Shown one piece after another: positions 6,876-7,552 of a DNA stretch of 7,552 nt (positions within the stretch are counted from its first letter, which is position 1; every line of letters starts with the position of its first letter). The position numbers were made by a program, and so were the translations under genes. The DNA is from a virus (Duplodnaviria; Heunggongvirae; Uroviricota; Caudoviricetes), in IMG/VR virus record IMGVR_UViG_2744054627_000013; one strand, written 5' to 3'. The notes below the pieces were generated by a model, which worked only from the letters and a program-made list of their open reading frames with translations, did no database searches and had not been told where the DNA came from.

Positions 6876-7100
6876 ATGTCCGGTAATATCTATACGCTGT
6901 ACAAATCCCACTGTGAAAATGTTGGAAAGTATCGGGGCATTGAAATCAGTGGGGTAGTGTCATCAGTCGAAATAAGCAAAGTTGAATCAAGGGCAACATT
7001 ACTTACTCTTTTGGACCTTGTCTTACATGAGCACCGGAAGAAATTCGGCACTCCCTATAATCAGTTGAATGGGAAAAGGCTCTGGTTCACCTTATTCTGA
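6876..7100 (+). CDS. Hypothetical small protein, 74 aa, first of an overlapping pair (or N-terminal part of one about 143-aa protein if an A-run at 7074-7077 carries a deletion)
   Basis: ATG at 6876 with AAGGA 5 nt upstream; AT-rich; stop TGA overlaps the next ATG (TGATG at 7098-7102). Confidence 0.45.
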   Translation: MSGNIYTLYKSHCENVGKYRGIEISGVVSSVEISKVESRATLLTLLDLVLHEHRKKFGTPYNQLNGKRLWFTLF

Positions 7101-7309
7101 TGAAGCATCACTGGATGCCAAAACAGATTAATGAGATGAAATTTGATGAACTTCTTCTTTCAATTCAGGATGAACTCACACTTGATAAAATAAGCGTAAC
7201 CGCCCAGAAATTTTTAGATTATCGAGACTGGAGATCACAAATTCATCACTTTGATGATTTTGACGAAAATGAATGGGATCCTAATTTGTCTGCACAATAT
7301 CTAAAGTAA
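7100..7309 (+). CDS. Hypothetical small protein, 69 aa, acidic C-terminus (DDFDENEWDP); overlaps the upstream gene by one base
   Basis: ATG at 7100 within TGATG; its frame is open upstream to 7061, so fusion with the 74-aa ORF cannot be excluded; 3' end overlaps the convergent minus-strand gene by 29 nt. Confidence 0.45.
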   Translation: MKHHWMPKQINEMKFDELLLSIQDELTLDKISVTAQKFLDYRDWRSQIHHFDDFDENEWDPNLSAQYLK

Positions 7310-7487
7310 CATCCTGTGATAAAACCGTGATTTCCTGATCCAGTTTTTTTAAGGAGTCTATTGTTTCCTGTCGATAAGACAGCACTTCACGAAGCTGGTT
7401 TATAGCTGCCAGCTTCTTTGTCATCCACTCATAAATTTCCTCATCTGTGTAGCCAGGCGCGACGATTTTGGGTTCTGTTTTGTGCAT
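7281..7487 (-). CDS. Hypothetical small phage protein, 68 aa
   Basis: ATG at 7487 with GAGGAG about 7 nt upstream (MHKTEPKIVAPGYTDEEIYEWMTKKLAAINQLREVL...); the track's start at 7502 is a TTG without an RBS. Confidence 0.5.
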   Translation of the reverse strand: MHKTEPKIVAPGYTDEEIYEWMTKKLAAINQLREVLSYRQETIDSLKKLDQEITVLSQDVTLDIVQTN

Positions 7488-7552
7488 TTCACATCTCCTC
7501 AAGTTATCAGTTACTTGTTGATGGGACCAGATTGTTAAGAGCTAAGCGTCGT

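Larger units (their letters stand above)
489..7552. mobile_element. Lambdoid prophage or integrative element at ssrA, int-proximal end; continues beyond the right edge of the window
   Basis: Order att core, cargo genes, int, xis, moron, early-left genes, all phage genes transcribed toward att; mosaic G+C content. Confidence 0.65.

Noticed and set aside
6425-6886. ORFs of 122, 72 and 127 aa in the G+C-rich block (6425-6793 minus, 6508-6726 minus, 6503-6886 plus)
   Set aside because: Arg/Pro/Gly/Ser-rich low-complexity translations, overlapping in several frames, no RBS; typical of non-coding G+C-rich DNA.

Overview
This window looks like the int-proximal end of a lambdoid prophage integrated at the tmRNA gene (ssrA) of an enterobacterial chromosome. 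Left to right: the 3' end of a chromosomal autotransporter-type gene (1-330) and a hairpin terminator; a ~32-nt partial copy of the ssrA 3' end on the minus strand (489-520), read as the att core; an AT-rich promoter region and a two-gene cargo cassette (949-2136, + strand) with its own terminator; then, all on the minus strand and transcribed toward att, a tyrosine integrase (2150-3318), a lambda-Xis-like excisionase, a very AT-rich multi-pass membrane protein moron, and an early-left module matching the size and order of E. coli CPS-53 yfdP-yfdQ-yfdR (120 aa / 274 aa / HD-domain protein). Right of that is a ~460-bp G+C-rich, hairpin-dense non-coding block (6411-6875), a pair of small overlapping + strand genes (6876-7309) and a convergent 68-aa minus-strand gene. 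The sequence as given has repeated single-base deletions, several in homopolymer runs, that break the integrase (about 4 sites), the yfdR-like gene (2 sites), the autotransporter C-terminus (1 site) and probably the second cargo gene; these may be sequencing errors rather than decay. The best candidates for an undescribed system are the att-int cargo cassette, the AT-rich membrane-protein moron, and the structured non-coding block with its adjacent small gene pair. All family names are recalled from memory and no database search was run.
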